From: Trypanosoma brucei
Lineage: Eukaryota
Direction: 5' to 3'
Length of the DNA: 64,000 nucleotides
NCBI GenBank assembly: GCA_000002445.1
Contig: CP000067.1
Location: 1,472,001-1,536,000, forward strand
The notes below the pieces were generated by a model. It saw nothing but the letters and a program-made list of their open reading frames with translations. It searched no databases and was not told the DNA's origin. Positions 32,470 to 43,809 of the stretch are shown here, one piece after another (positions within the stretch are counted from its first letter, which is position 1; each line of letters begins with the position of its first letter). Made by a program: the position numbers and the translations under genes.

Positions 32470-33998
32470 AACTCATTAAAGCAATACTCAAAGCAAATTT
32501 TTTATTCACAGGAAACTACCATTTTTGCACTTTAAAGTTTCTTGCTCATCTTCACCATCGTCGCCCTTTCTAAATCAGCAATTTTGTTTGTCGCCTGTTT
32601 TGTCAGCCTCACAAGAGCTCTTATCAGTTCCATGTTTTGCACAGCCAGTTGCAGCTTTTCCGTCTTTCTTATCTCCTGTTCCTGTTGCTGTGTTTTCTGT
32701 TCCTGCTTTAGGTTGGCATTCGTTCTTTTCAGCGTCAAAATCACATCCGACACTCGCACATCCCTCTGCTGTTTTGTTTGTCGGGTTTGTGCACTGAGTA
32801 TGGGTGGCCGCCGGTGTCGGTGGTGCTGTCCGTGGCACTGTTGTCGGCTGCAAGTGTTTGTTGAGCGTATAGGCCGCTTCGAGTTGTTGTCCTAAGGTTT
32901 TTAAGGGCGGCTGTAGCTGTTGCCATGCCACTTTCTTCTGCTAGTTCTGCAAGGTTGGCGCCGGCGGTCGTCACATGTTGTAGCCACGGGATGATGTTAG
33001 TTTTGTCGTCCGCAGTCTTGTAGTTGACGCATATTCCGTGGGCCGCGACGGCCGCCGGGTCCACTGAACTGCCGTCGCATTTTGCCGCTGCGGTCGCTTG
33101 CCCATTGGCTCCGCCAAGAATCCAGGCTGTTGAATCTGGCGCCGCGTTGTTTGTTGCGGCTCCCAGTCCGTAAATGTTGTTACCTATAAGGTTGGCAGTT
33201 TTTGCTGCGGCGCTTTGTATTTTTCGGTGTGTGATTGTTTTCCGATTCTGAGTTGGCGGACACTTTGCTAGAATTGTTTTGAGCCGCCTCGCGGCGTTGG
33301 GAGCGCTGTTTAGGTTGCTTTCTCTGCTTAGGTCCATGGTTTCGTGTGCGCATGATTTGTCTGTCCTCGTTCCTGTCGCTTCTCCGCATATGCAGACGAG
33401 AGCCCCGGCGGCGCAGGCGTTGTTGGCTCCTATTGTATTGCAGAGCGCTTCGTAGCTGCTTACGCTAGGAAAGGTTCCACCGTAATCTCCATTGCTCGCT
33501 TGCCGGCTTACTATTGCCGCCGTTTTGGCGGCGTCATCTGTTTTCAGGTAAAATGCCTTGAACGTGTTTTGTCGGCTAGTTTCGAGAGCTGTCTGGCGTG
33601 CCGCTTTCCTCGCTGCGTAGTCGGATTGAATCGTCCCGTTTGTGTTTAGAATCGGTCTCAACAGTGCTTCGAGCTTGCTACGTCGGTTCACATCGTCGGC
33701 CCTAGGGTGGTCTTTCTTCCATTCGGCGTCCTTTATCTCTTTATATCCTGCGTCTGTTCCGTTTATTATGGCAAAAAAACGTTGAACGGTTTCTTGTGCC
33801 GACGCGTGTACGGTCGTTATTTTCGCTAGTCGGCCCGTCGGTTAGTCTGCATTGTAAAGTTTACGCAGCAAACCTTCAGTTTCGCAAAGCGCGTCGAACT
33901 CCTTGCGGTTTAGTGCCGTGATCGTTGCTTGTGCTTGTTCCGCTGGGCCAGGCAGGCTGCTTGCCAATGCTATGAGGAATGCGCACTGCCAAAGCATA
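32470..33998 (-). pseudogene. VSG pseudogene (in-frame stop after the signal peptide; premature stop in the GPI signal)
   Basis: Minus strand from 33,998 encodes MLWQCAFLIALASSLPGPAEQAQA... then a stop. The 316-aa ORF 32741-33691 is a VSG N-domain. The C-domain 32575-32931 is followed by KNGSFL-stop. Confidence 0.7.
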
Positions 33999-34174
33999 TT
34001 AGCAGCTTGTGTAGTGTTTTGAAATAGAGAGAAGTACTCTTTATGTTGTTATAAATTTGGATGGGATAAAAAGCATATCGTTCACTGGTTTCTGTGTTTT
34101 TTCTGAAGTTAGTTTTTTTTGCTGCGTGCAGGGTGATCATAGCCAAAGTCATTGTAAAACCTTTAACTCCATTA

Positions 34175-35271
34175 TCAACATTTATAAACTTGCCAACTGC
34201 TGTCGAGTGCAACAAGTTTCGCCGCTTGTTCCTTGCATGACACACAATTTCTTAGCATATTCCACAGAACTGCATAGTCGTCGTCGCTAACGTGGTGGAA
34301 AACAATAAGATTGGGATTACTGCTTACGAATGTATGCAGGGGCCTTTGCACATGCATCACAACGACAATCTTGAATATCCACAGTTAATAAACCCTCAAT
34401 TTTTATTTTATTCCTCAGAACATCTCCCACCATAATATCCTCGTTCAATGCAACATAATCAATATATTTGTCGAAGTTTCGGAAACTGATTCTTTCTGAC
34501 TAACAGTTTGGAAATTTCCGAAAAGCCAACTATTTCTTTTACGACATCCCTTGAAATTGTATTTGCATACCCAACAACATACCATGTCAGCTTGCCAATA
34601 GACTCGTCAAGTTCGCCCAATGCTCTCCCCATGTTCAATTTTAGCCGTGGCAATATTTCAAAGCATTGCAAATACAATGGCACCCTCATAAAAATATCAT
34701 CATCTGCCTTCATTATATAGGGGTTACTTGCTTTAAATATTTCGACCGCAAATTTGAACCACAAGTATGTTTTTCTACTCACCGTGAGCTCCGGTTCCCA
34801 CCCCCAATTTCCTGAATCTCCCACTTTTTTGCTTTTTGTTGGATTCACATCGCAAACAGGTAAAACAATAATGTCCTGATTTAACTCTGCCTCATCTTTA
34901 ATAACATTTCTGAACTCGCAATTGTTATTTGTATGAGGTGAAAGTGCATATACTATAAGCAACTTCCCAGTAAAATTATTTGATTTTCTCGCCACTTCAT
35001 GGTAACTCCAACACGTTTCTCTCTGTAAGTTTCTCCTCAACCTCTCATCATTATCTATCGAAGGTATTCCAGCCACAACAAAATAATCGTCATTTTTCCA
35101 AATATTCCTCACAGCTGTGGACACAAATCTCATATACTCATCCTCAATAATTTCAAGTGAAATGGGATCACCTTCACTAAAGAGGCTGTATAGCGAAACA
35201 AGTAGATTAATCCCCATAACAACAAAAGATAAGCAGCACACTTTTGCATAGATACTTTCTATATACTTCAT
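34175..35271 (-). pseudogene. Beta-1,3-glycosyltransferase-family (trypanosome UDP-Gal/UDP-GlcNAc-dependent GT) pseudogene, frameshifted near the 3' end
   Basis: ORF 34459-35271 has an N-terminal signal anchor (type II topology), an RRNLQRETCW motif (beta3GT motif RRxxxRxTW) and IMKADDDIFMRV (beta3GT DDD catalytic motif). The ORF ends prematurely and continues in another frame (34175-34360). Confidence 0.55.
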
Positions 35272-35794
35272 AGGACTTTATTGTCATACTAAGAAGAGCT
35301 TATTATGAGTTAGAAGATCACATGAAACATGAAGGAAAGAAGCCAGTGGGAGCAACTAAGATGTCTAGTAGGGTAAAAAGTGTTTACATATATAAACAAC
35401 ACCTTGATATCGCTATGATGCAACTGTTAAATTGTTCATGCGCAGTGTGTGTAGGTTATCTTTCAGCATGTATATGTTGCATTTATTTTATAAATTACCT
35501 TCAACCGTCCTTAGTGCTACACACTGCGTGCATTCCGCTATCCCTTTCATTATCCACATTATACAAAATTGAACACTATGCATTGCTATGTAACTTGGAG
35601 TAAATAGTTGACTACAATGTTTCCACATACTAACAATTTAATCACCTTCCTCTGATATATATACCGCCCATCCAGTTTCGCCGCCAGACCCCTATCAGAG
35701 TAGCTTTATGAATCACGTATTCTCATTGCGCACTTACCATTGTTTTAAGTATTTTTATTTTCGTTTTTTAGTTATTATGCTCCCTCACCCTTTA

Positions 35795-35860
35795 TTTAAT
35801 ATTAGTACAGACACACACTCACAAAACTCTCCTATCATTATGCTTACTGCTATAAACCTC
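35795..35860 (-). repeat. 70-bp-repeat-like element
   Basis: taatattagtacagacacacactcacaaaactctcctatcattat. Confidence 0.5.
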
Positions 35861-36150
35861 GCCAATATGCATCAAAAAGTGAAAATAAGAAAATTAATAT
35901 ATTTTCATAATATCACTCATTTTCCATACCCCATCACTCTATTACTTTACTCGTTAGCCAGTTTCATAAACATTTTTAAAATGCAATTCTTTTATATTCT
36001 CAAAAAATTTTCAACAATTTGCCAAAACTTTGACAAAAAGTGTTAAAATTTATCATATTTTTTAAAAAATTAGCAAATTCTCTCAAAGTAGAAAATTTCA
36101 TATATTTATAAAATTGGGCAAAAATCTTCTACCAATAAATCTTAAAAGTG

Positions 36151-37599
36151 TCATTCTAGAAGCAAAACTGCAAGCCAAAGAGGTGCCTTGTTGATGACAA
36201 AAGAATTGCTTCCTGTAATGTTTGTGGTTCCTGTTTTGTTATCTTTCTCTCCTCCCTCTACCTTTGTAGCCTCCTTCTTATCCACTACGCACTTCTTTTG
36301 GCCGTTTTCACTGATTTCTTTGCAGCCATCTTTGCAAGCACCCCCGGTTTTTGCCTTGCAGTCATCATCGCTGAGTTTGGCTTTTGATGTGGCCGCGTTT
36401 CGCTTGATCTTTTCACCTTCGAGGTCGGTTGACAACTGCAATATCTGGTACCGCTGGTTCATGTGCTCCAGAAGAATAGATTGCCTACGCTGCTCCGCTG
36501 TTGGCGTCTCTTTCAGCTGCTTTGAGGTTTGCTTGGTGTTTTCGATTCTCGCTGTTGACGTCTGTTTTATATTTTCCATGACCTTTTTGCCAATTTCGTC
36601 TGCTTTACCATCCGCTGCCGCTTTTAGCATGTGCTGAGCGTCGCTAGTTGCTTGGTTAGCTTGTTCGTAGCTATTTCTTGCTGCTAATGCTTGTGCTAAT
36701 AGGGTTTGTGTCGTCGGATCGGCTGCAGCCAGTTGTAACGCCTCTTCGGTTGTCTTTCCGCAGTTTTGTAGTTCAAAGTTATTTAGCCTGTGTATCGCAT
36801 TAAAAAGCTTCTGCGGGCCTGTGCTTGCTGGGTTGAATTTGCCGTTGGTTGCGCCTGCGTTTAGCGTTTCTAGATTAGCCGTTTCGCTTCCATGGCTGTC
36901 TTGGGCCGTGAGCCCAAGAAAGTCGGCTGCTAATTTGACATTGATCGGTCCTGCTTTGCCCCAAATAGTTGAGGCCCCACTTTTCAGTAAGTAGCACTTC
37001 GTGTACCCAGTGCTAGACTCTACGTTGGCTGCGCCTGCTAGTCCGAAGAAGCCGGTCTGTGTGACTAGGGTGGGGTCGGTGGCTGTTGCCGCCGGCGGCG
37101 TGTCAACGTATATACCCGGGCAGCCCAGCTGCGCTACAGTTGTGTGTGTTGTCTTTGTGCTCGAGGTTCCAAGGCACCACTTGCTGTTGTCTCCGCTAAG
37201 CTTAAGCAGCAAATGTGCTATTTCGGTGATGTGTCCGGCTGTTTTGGGGCCGTTTAGCATTACTTCCTGTGCGTCGTTTATTAGCTTGGTATACTGCGTA
37301 GCCGCGGTTTCTGCACAGTTAGCCGCTTGCAGTGCTGTAGCTTGGAAAACTGTTGACGTGTTGACGTCGCTGGTCGCCGCTGCCGCTGCTTGCGCTAGCT
37401 GACTGGCTTCTTGGGCGGCTTCCTGTGTTTTCTTTATTTGATTTGCCTTGGATACCACTATGGCAGGCGTTAGGGTTAATTGGTTGGCTATTTTGCACAG
37501 CGTTTTTATTTTTTCTTCGTCCAGTGCTGCGTGCGTCGCCTCAGCATGCCGCCAGTGGCCAAGGAAGAGCAACTCTACGACGACCGTGCGTAAAAACAT
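36151..37599 (-). CDS. VSG: Variant surface glycoprotein, full-length ORF (482 aa); N-terminal signal region atypical
   Basis: VSG N- and C-domains with GPI signal ...TNITGSNSFVINKAPLWLAVLLLE. The first 21 aa (MFLRTVVVELLFLGHWRHAEA) contain charged residues within the h-region. Confidence 0.7.
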   Translation of the reverse strand: MFLRTVVVELLFLGHWRHAEATHAALDEEKIKTLCKIANQLTLTPAIVVSKANQIKKTQEAAQEASQLAQAAAAATSDVNTSTVFQATALQAANCAETAATQYTKLINDAQEVMLNGPKTAGHITEIAHLLLKLSGDNSKWCLGTSSTKTTHTTVAQLGCPGIYVDTPPAATATDPTLVTQTGFFGLAGAANVESSTGYTKCYLLKSGASTIWGKAGPINVKLAADFLGLTAQDSHGSETANLETLNAGATNGKFNPASTGPQKLFNAIHRLNNFELQNCGKTTEEALQLAAADPTTQTLLAQALAARNSYEQANQATSDAQHMLKAAADGKADEIGKKVMENIKQTSTARIENTKQTSKQLKETPTAEQRRQSILLEHMNQRYQILQLSTDLEGEKIKRNAATSKAKLSDDDCKAKTGGACKDGCKEISENGQKKCVVDKKEATKVEGGEKDNKTGTTNITGSNSFVINKAPLWLAVLLLE

Positions 37600-39699
37600 T
37601 GCTCTTTCCGAAAAGATGCTGAGATCAAGGTTTAGAGTTGCCAGCTAGTAGAGTTCCCCCCGAATGCTTGCTTACCGTCAAGTAGGAGATGAGAAGCGTT
37701 TCTGCTGGTTTATTCTGTCCTCGTTAATTCCTGTGGTATTTAATGGCGTTTGACTGTGTAAGTGGTATGTTTTATTGACTTTTCTTTTGCTGGTTTCACG
37801 CTTGGCCTGTTATTCACAAACAGCTTGGGTATTCCCTTGATTTGTATAAATTGTGTAAAACCGGTTACTATAGTTATGTTTCTGTGTGCGTAGGCCAGAT
37901 TTGGCTGGTGTTCCAGCTTTTGGAGTCAAATCTCATCATTTATACTGTTTTTTGAGGTTTAAATGCCCAGTGGTCGCTCAACTATTAAGGTTTAATTTTT
38001 ATTCGCACTTTGGCGTAGCTGCTGCAATACTCTGTTTTCCATTTTACGTCGTCCAGTTATAAAGAACTCTGAATTTTTTTCTTTTCTGGCTATATATTTA
38101 TATTGCTTGCCGCAATGTTACAGTATTCAAATTGGAGCGCTTCACAAGTGTGGTATTCCAGATGTGGTATTGTTCCAGAGTCAAAGTAAGGTTGGGGGTG
38201 TGCTTAAGTCCTTCTACGAAACGCTTTCCACCACCTGTATTGGTGACCGCAACCACTTTGGCGTCAAGGTGGTTAACATTAATGGTTAAGATTGGTTCTT
38301 CTTCTTTCTTTTTGTTTGGTTGGCGCTTGTATGCGGGCATTAATCCGTTTTCTACAATTTCTTGCCGCTGCTTTTGGTGGCGTAGATTCTTCCCTGTGCT
38401 ATGGCTGCTTTTTGATCGCCTTCTCTGACTTTCTACTACACATTGTTCTTCTTATTACCGAAATCAAACCCCAAAAAGTTTTGCATTTAGTCCTGTTTAT
38501 TTGGTTCATCTGAGTTAACTCTATCTATTTTTTGCATAGAAAATACCTTCAATTTGGCAGTGTACTGTGTTATATTACAATGGGGATAGTGACCGCCGAC
38601 ACCATATCTCCTTGCAACGTTTTGTCAACTAATTTTGGTATTTCCTTTGACTATCGGTGAATAAATTGAAGTTTCCTACTACTCAGCTCTTTTGGTTGTA
38701 GCATTAATCTTGTAGTTTATGTGCTGTGACTGCTGCTATTTTTGCCGCCAGTTGAGTTCCACAGATTTGCTTTGTTGTGCTTGATCGAGATGCTATTCTG
38801 GTCTTCGTGGCAAAAGTGGTTTCTTTGACGTTTGCTATTCTTGAAATAGGTAAGCTGGGGATCGCGTTCAACATACACGACTGTCGCGGCTTTTCAACTC
38901 TTTTCACTAAATGAAGATCGTCCTTGTTGCTAATACGTAGTACTGGATCATTGAATGCGGCTATTTTTTGTGTTTATGCAAGTATATAATTTGTGGATAG
39001 TGCCTAGGCACTCCTTGTATTTCATAAACGTAATTTTTTGAAATCATATGTGTGCTTTTTAAAATAATTTCTGCGTTCCTCTTCAGTATTTGATCTTCAC
39101 ATCCATCCATTAGTTTTTCTTTTCTTGTAAAATCCCCCCCAGATAATACTATATTGTTTGCGAAATATGCTTCTCATAATTACTATATATATTGAGAAAA
39201 CACTTAAATATTACATCATGCATACGCAAGCCCTTGCTCCTACACCTCCCGCTTCCGCTTGTACTTGTTCACGATGGATAAAAGGATCTGTTTCCAGAAA
39301 AAAAATCACAGCGGTTACAATCATCTCCGAACCAACACCTATCCATTTGTGTGTGAAATCTGGATAAAAATCTTTTCCTCCCCCTATATTATTTTCTTCT
39401 GCGTTGTATTGTCTAATATTCTGTTGTCTTATTAAATATTACCTTGTTATTCTTCTTGTGGCTAAAACGTAGATAGTCCACTTCTTCTATTAACTGGACT
39501 TTTTCCGTGCTTAAGTGTCCTCCCTCATATGCTAGTTTGTGATGGTGACTCACTGTGGTCATGTGTTTCACATTTCGCATATTCTATCACCTCTGCTCTC
39601 CATCATTATGTATTTTCTTCAACAGTATCATCTGTGCTTCCTCACTCACTCCATCACCGTCATTATACCGTTTCCATTTCTTTAAGTGCTTTTATTTTA

Positions 39700-39760
39700 G
39701 ACGCACATTCATTATTATTATCATAACTATAATAACCCTAACTTATATCCATAAAATAAA
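39700..39760 (-). repeat. Degenerate 70-bp-repeat-like element upstream of VSG 36151-37599
   Basis: gacgcacattcattattattatcataactataataac. Weak match. Confidence 0.3.
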
Positions 39761-40089
39761 CAAAATAAACAAAGTAACACAAATTAGAATAACACTTATT
39801 TTAATTATACTTTATCATTATACTGTTTTGCATCTATAGATAACTATCATACTTATTTCACTAACGTTATATATATTTCATATTCTTTAACTGTTCCCTA
39901 ACTTGCACTATTTTTATTAAAATGTATCAGAATATATAAAATTGTGTAAACCATAGAAAATTATTCCAAAATAGCAAAGTTTTATAAATTTTATAAAGTT
40001 TCGTAAAATTGGACAGAAATCCTTAAAATGCTGCTATACTCATAAAGATAAAAATGCCTTAGGAACAAAAACTCTCAAATTGCTATAAA

Positions 40090-41477
40090 ATGATTTTTTA
40101 TCTTTCTCTTCAGTTTCAACTTTCCGAAAGCATCTTTCGCCCTCCGGTTTTTTCTTATCAAAATCACAACCTTTTCATTCTTGCGTTGTTCCTCTGTTGT
40201 CAGCGTTTTTGCATTCGTCTGCTGACTTGGCTGGCTCTTCTTGTTTGTCTGTTTTGGTTGGGCAAGAGGGGCTTGCTTGGTTCTTTGTTGTTACTTCTAA
40301 AAGAGCCTGTAACAACATCTTGGATGCTTCGTCCATTGTCTTCACTTCCTTTATCGTCTGCGTGCGCTTTTCCCCTAACAATGTCGTTGGAAGTTTGATT
40401 TGCGTCAGTTTATCCCAGTACCTGTTTGAGAAGCTGCTATCATCGCCGTACGTACTGGCAATTAACTGCGTAACTGCTTTGGTTTTTTCTCCAAGTGCTG
40501 CTTCTCGTCTGAGTCCGGTCCAAGTTGCTCCAACTGCCACTCTGAAGTCATCGTCTGAGGCGTAGCTACTGATCTTGCCTGCATCGAAGGTCATTGATGT
40601 TTTTTCCCAGCTTGCGGCCACCTCGAGTAGGTCTATGGCTTTTTTTTGAGCAAACTGTTTGAAGTTCCCACTGTATGTCACAGCCTTTCCTGCTAGTCCG
40701 AAGTCGCCACTGCCTTTGGATAGGGTGATTGCTTCTTCTGCTGTTACAGGGCCGTCTATTATGCATGCGTTGTCTCTGCTTGTCGCGACAGTTCCTGTTA
40801 CACCGCTTTTTGCGCAAGCAGCGCTGTTGGTTTTTTCGACTGCCGCTGCCCGGACTGCCGCAGTGTTGTCTGGCGTTATTGTAACCGTGAAAAGTTTTAA
40901 GCTGTCTAATTTTGTCGTCCGGACCCAGCTCTTGAAGTGGTTGGCCTTGGCTTCCAGTGCTTTGTGACAAATTGTTAAGTCGCTAGACGTTTTGCTTTGG
41001 AAGTTAATGTTCGTTTGGTCATTTCTGGAACTGTTCTGGTCGCCTTTTCCCGTGTTAAGGCCTTTGACTTTAATGTCTGAAAGTGCCGCCACTGCACTTT
41101 GGTGACCGCTCAGATTTGCTAGCTTAGTAATTATATTAAATGTTATTTCCAGGAGATCGTTCCGCTTTGTTTGTATTTGATCGAGCCGCTTCGTGAGTAC
41201 AGTCAATATTGGCCGAACATTTTGGAAATCTGATGTCCTGGTGATGTTGCTCATCCTGCTGTTGTTTGTGCGCTCCTCTGCTTTAATCTGCTATCTTGGT
41301 ATCTCCTTTTGACAGCTCCGTTTTGATTTGTTCTGCTATTGCTGTCAGGACATAGGCTGCTTGGCATGGGCTCGTCATGTGTATTTCGGGCTTACTGTCG
41401 CCCGCCATTAATGGTCGAATAACGGTGAGAAATACGCTCGTGCCTATTGCTGCATGGAGAGTCTTGTAGTTTCCCAT
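40090..41477 (-). pseudogene. VSG pseudogene (frameshift between signal-peptide exon frame 41283-41477 and main ORF 40175-41254; degenerate C-terminus)
   Basis: 41283-41477 encodes MGNYKTLHAAIGTSVFLTVIRPLMAGDS (signal plus N-domain start). 40175-41254 carries the rest of the N-domain plus C-domain, ending ADNRGTTQE without a GPI tail. Confidence 0.7.
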
Positions 41478-42314
41478 TTCTTGGGGTAGTGCCTTGGGGT
41501 TAGCTTAGTTTTGAAGACGGTCTACCGCTTGGTTGCCGTTTTTAGTATTGAGCTTTGTTCGCTTTTGTATACTTACGCATTTTAGACGGGATAATGGGGG
41601 TCTTGTGATGTGGCATTTATCCGCTTTCTTGTTGAATACAGTAAGCGCCGGGATGCTCGTGCGCTATGAGCTGCTTGCGCAGTGTATCTCATTTTTATGC
41701 TTCATTTTGGCACTTTTATTTTTTTAGAACAGTTTGCAATATTGTCTTAGTCCTTGTTTTCGTTGTCTTCCATCTGATATCTGGGCTTTCGCTCTGTTCT
41801 CTGACGTTTGCGTCATCTCATTATTTAATAAACCACTTCCACTCGTTTGTTTGTCTGCGCCAATATACATCATTTACTTTTGTACATGCCACCAACATAT
41901 ACAAATATCCGACAACGTTGTGCGCCGCCGCAGACTTATAACCACAATAATTGTGGTTTATCGTGAGAGGTTTGTGCGTCTTCCTCTATACACAAGTTTT
42001 TATATCAGTTTCGCAATAGATCTTAGGTACTTTTGTGCAAACAGAGGCGTTACCTGGTTACTTCGCTGCGTATCCCCACTTTTTGGAAAGATCTTGTGCT
42101 ATAGCGGTTTCCAACCATGCTATCAAAATAAAGGTGAGAATTTCTGCTTGTATTGCAACCCTGTTTTGCTTGGGTGCGGCTTCTTCATACTAAAGATTCT
42201 GCTGGTACAATGCATAAATTTCTCTTTATACCACTATTTATATTTAAGTTGATCCCAAACGTGTCTGAAGACATCATTTGTCTTATGTTCCTAGAAGTTC
42301 ATCACTGTTCTTAC

Positions 42315-42400
42315 AATAATAATAAACACACTCACAACACTCTTCTATCATTGCAATTATTATTATCATCATTATTATTATTACTATTAAAACTCTACCA
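42315..42400 (-). repeat. 70-bp-repeat-like element
   Basis: aataataataaacacactcacaacactcttctatcattgcaattattattatcatcattattattattactatt. Confidence 0.6.
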
Positions 42401-42649
42401 ATCTAAACAAATAAAACAATTTTGTAAAAATTTATAGTAGTATTAATTTTTTACACCGTATAAATCTGATACTTCACATATTTGGGACATTTTCACACAA
42501 AATTTTTAAACTTTTACAAATTTCCATATTATCTTTAAAAAATTTTAAAATATATTTATAAATCTCATAAAATAGAAAAGTTCATATATTTATAAAATTA
42601 TGCAAAAAATCTTTTACCAATATTTTTTAGAAACTCAATTATATAAGCA

Positions 42650-42960
42650 AAAATACAAGCAAAATTGGGTTTCTATCACAAAAGAATTGATCCCTCTGGC
42701 GTTTGTTTTCCCTCTTGATTCGGTCCATCTACCTGTTTTGGTTTGTAATTCGGATCTTTTACGCACTTTTTATTTTCGGCTTCACTACCCACTCTGCAGC
42801 CACCTTCGCTGTCATCTCCTGCTCCTTTTTTTTTTGCAAGTTTCGTCTGTTTCTATTATTTTTGGCGGTTTTGCGTTGCCTTTTTGTTGCCGCTTTGTTG
42901 CATGTGCGTGGTAACGCAAAACCTGAGGTGCACGAAAAAAACTTAGCTCCCGCGTAAAAA
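42650..42960 (-). pseudogene. Orphan VSG 3' fragment (C-terminal/GPI-signal-encoding region)
   Basis: 42,650-42,720 (gcaaaaatacaagcaaaattgggtttctatcacaaaagaattgatccctctggcgtttgttttccc) is homologous to the 3' ends of the intact VSGs at 36,160-36,240 and 20,840-20,900. Upstream Cys-encoding segments are present, but there is no N-domain. Confidence 0.55.
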
Positions 42961-43495
42961 AAAAAACCGGCGTATCACTAAAAAAATTAAAAACATGCTT
43001 TGAAAAAAATTTAGACTTAAAAAAACATAATTTCGTAAAAGAGAAAACAAATTAATCAAAAAAAATTAGCGAGATTAAAAAACTGAGCACCTGGCAATTG
43101 AGCGGCTTTGGCTGTCGGGTGCCAGTAACAGATTGTGTAACAGCGATTTTGTTACTGATTTTGACAATCGGCTATCCCTTAAATATTATTATTTTTTTCC
43201 TTAATTTCCCTTTGAAAGCAAATCATTGTGATCAGCGAAACTCCACGTTCAAGCGTTTTTTAAAAAATTTTGAAGCCGCGCGCAGCGAGAAATGCAGAGC
43301 TGAAATTCACCAAAGCAAAAAAAAAAGTCGAATTGACACTGCAGAAAAAAAAATATGCAGACGAAGATTCCTGCTTGATAAATAAGGTTAAGATCCCGCG
43401 TAAAAAAAGAGCCGCTGCATCGCTAATAATTTAAAAAACGGTGAATTATAAAAGAATAAAAAAAAGTAAATTAAAAAACAATCCTCAAAATTAAA
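42960..43495 (-). other. Conserved AT-rich telomere-adjacent-type element (second copy; homolog of 28,628-29,080)
   Basis: Blocks are shared with 28,590-28,775 (gattttgacaatcggctatccc..., ...agcgaaactccacgttcaagcg..., ...cagagctgaaattcac...). Lies between the telomere-repeat tract and the orphan VSG 3' fragment. Confidence 0.6.
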
Positions 43496-43497
43496 AA

Positions 43498-43590
43498 CCC
43501 TAACCCTAACCCTAACCAGATAACCCTAACCCTAACCCTAACCCTAACCCTAACCCTAACCCTAACCCTAACCCTAACCCCCCTAACCTA
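43498..43590 (-). repeat. Interstitial telomeric repeat tract: ~15 x CCCTAA on the plus strand, i.e. (TTAGGG)n on the VSG-coding strand, with one interruption (ccagat)
   Basis: Direct read: ccctaaccctaaccctaaccagataaccctaa(ccctaa)n...cccccctaacc. Confidence 0.95.
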
Positions 43591-43730
43591 CCTGCACAAA
43601 AAAAAAACTCCAAAAAAAACGGGAAAAGAGGAAAAAAAAATTTAAAGTTGCCAGAAATTATTTGTTACAGAATCACAAATTTTTACAAACTTACAAAAAC
43701 ACAGTTCAATTTTTTCGGGGAATTTTTTGG

Positions 43731-43746
43731 GTGTTAAAATATATCA
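43731..43746 (-). promoter_or_regulatory. VSG 3'UTR conserved 16-mer TGATATATTTTAACAC (minus strand), belonging to VSG 43810-45360
   Basis: Plus strand reads gtgttaaaatatatca, ~65 nt downstream of the VSG stop on the coding strand. Confidence 0.85.
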
Positions 43747-43809
43747 GAAAGTTTTTCAAATAGCAAGAATTTTTAGCAAAGTTTTTAAAAAAGGGGGGGA
43801 AAAAATTTT

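Noticed and set aside
36188-36637. Plus-strand ORFs antisense to VSG genes (36188-36637, 37001-37402, 43844-44473, 49360-49665, 20859-21083, 46993-47344 etc.)
   Set aside because: Antisense to minus-strand VSGs with strong coding signatures. The 'MLMTNELLPVVFV' starts are simply the reverse complement of the VSG GPI-signal region.
40566-40970. 134-aa Arg/Gln-rich minus-strand ORF inside the VSG pseudogene 40090-41477
   Set aside because: It is an alternative frame of the VSG coding region and highly basic and low-complexity.
43498-43590. Interpreting the CCCTAA tract as the physical chromosome end
   Set aside because: The tract is only ~90 bp and unique array sequence continues for >40 kb beyond it. 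It is interstitial.
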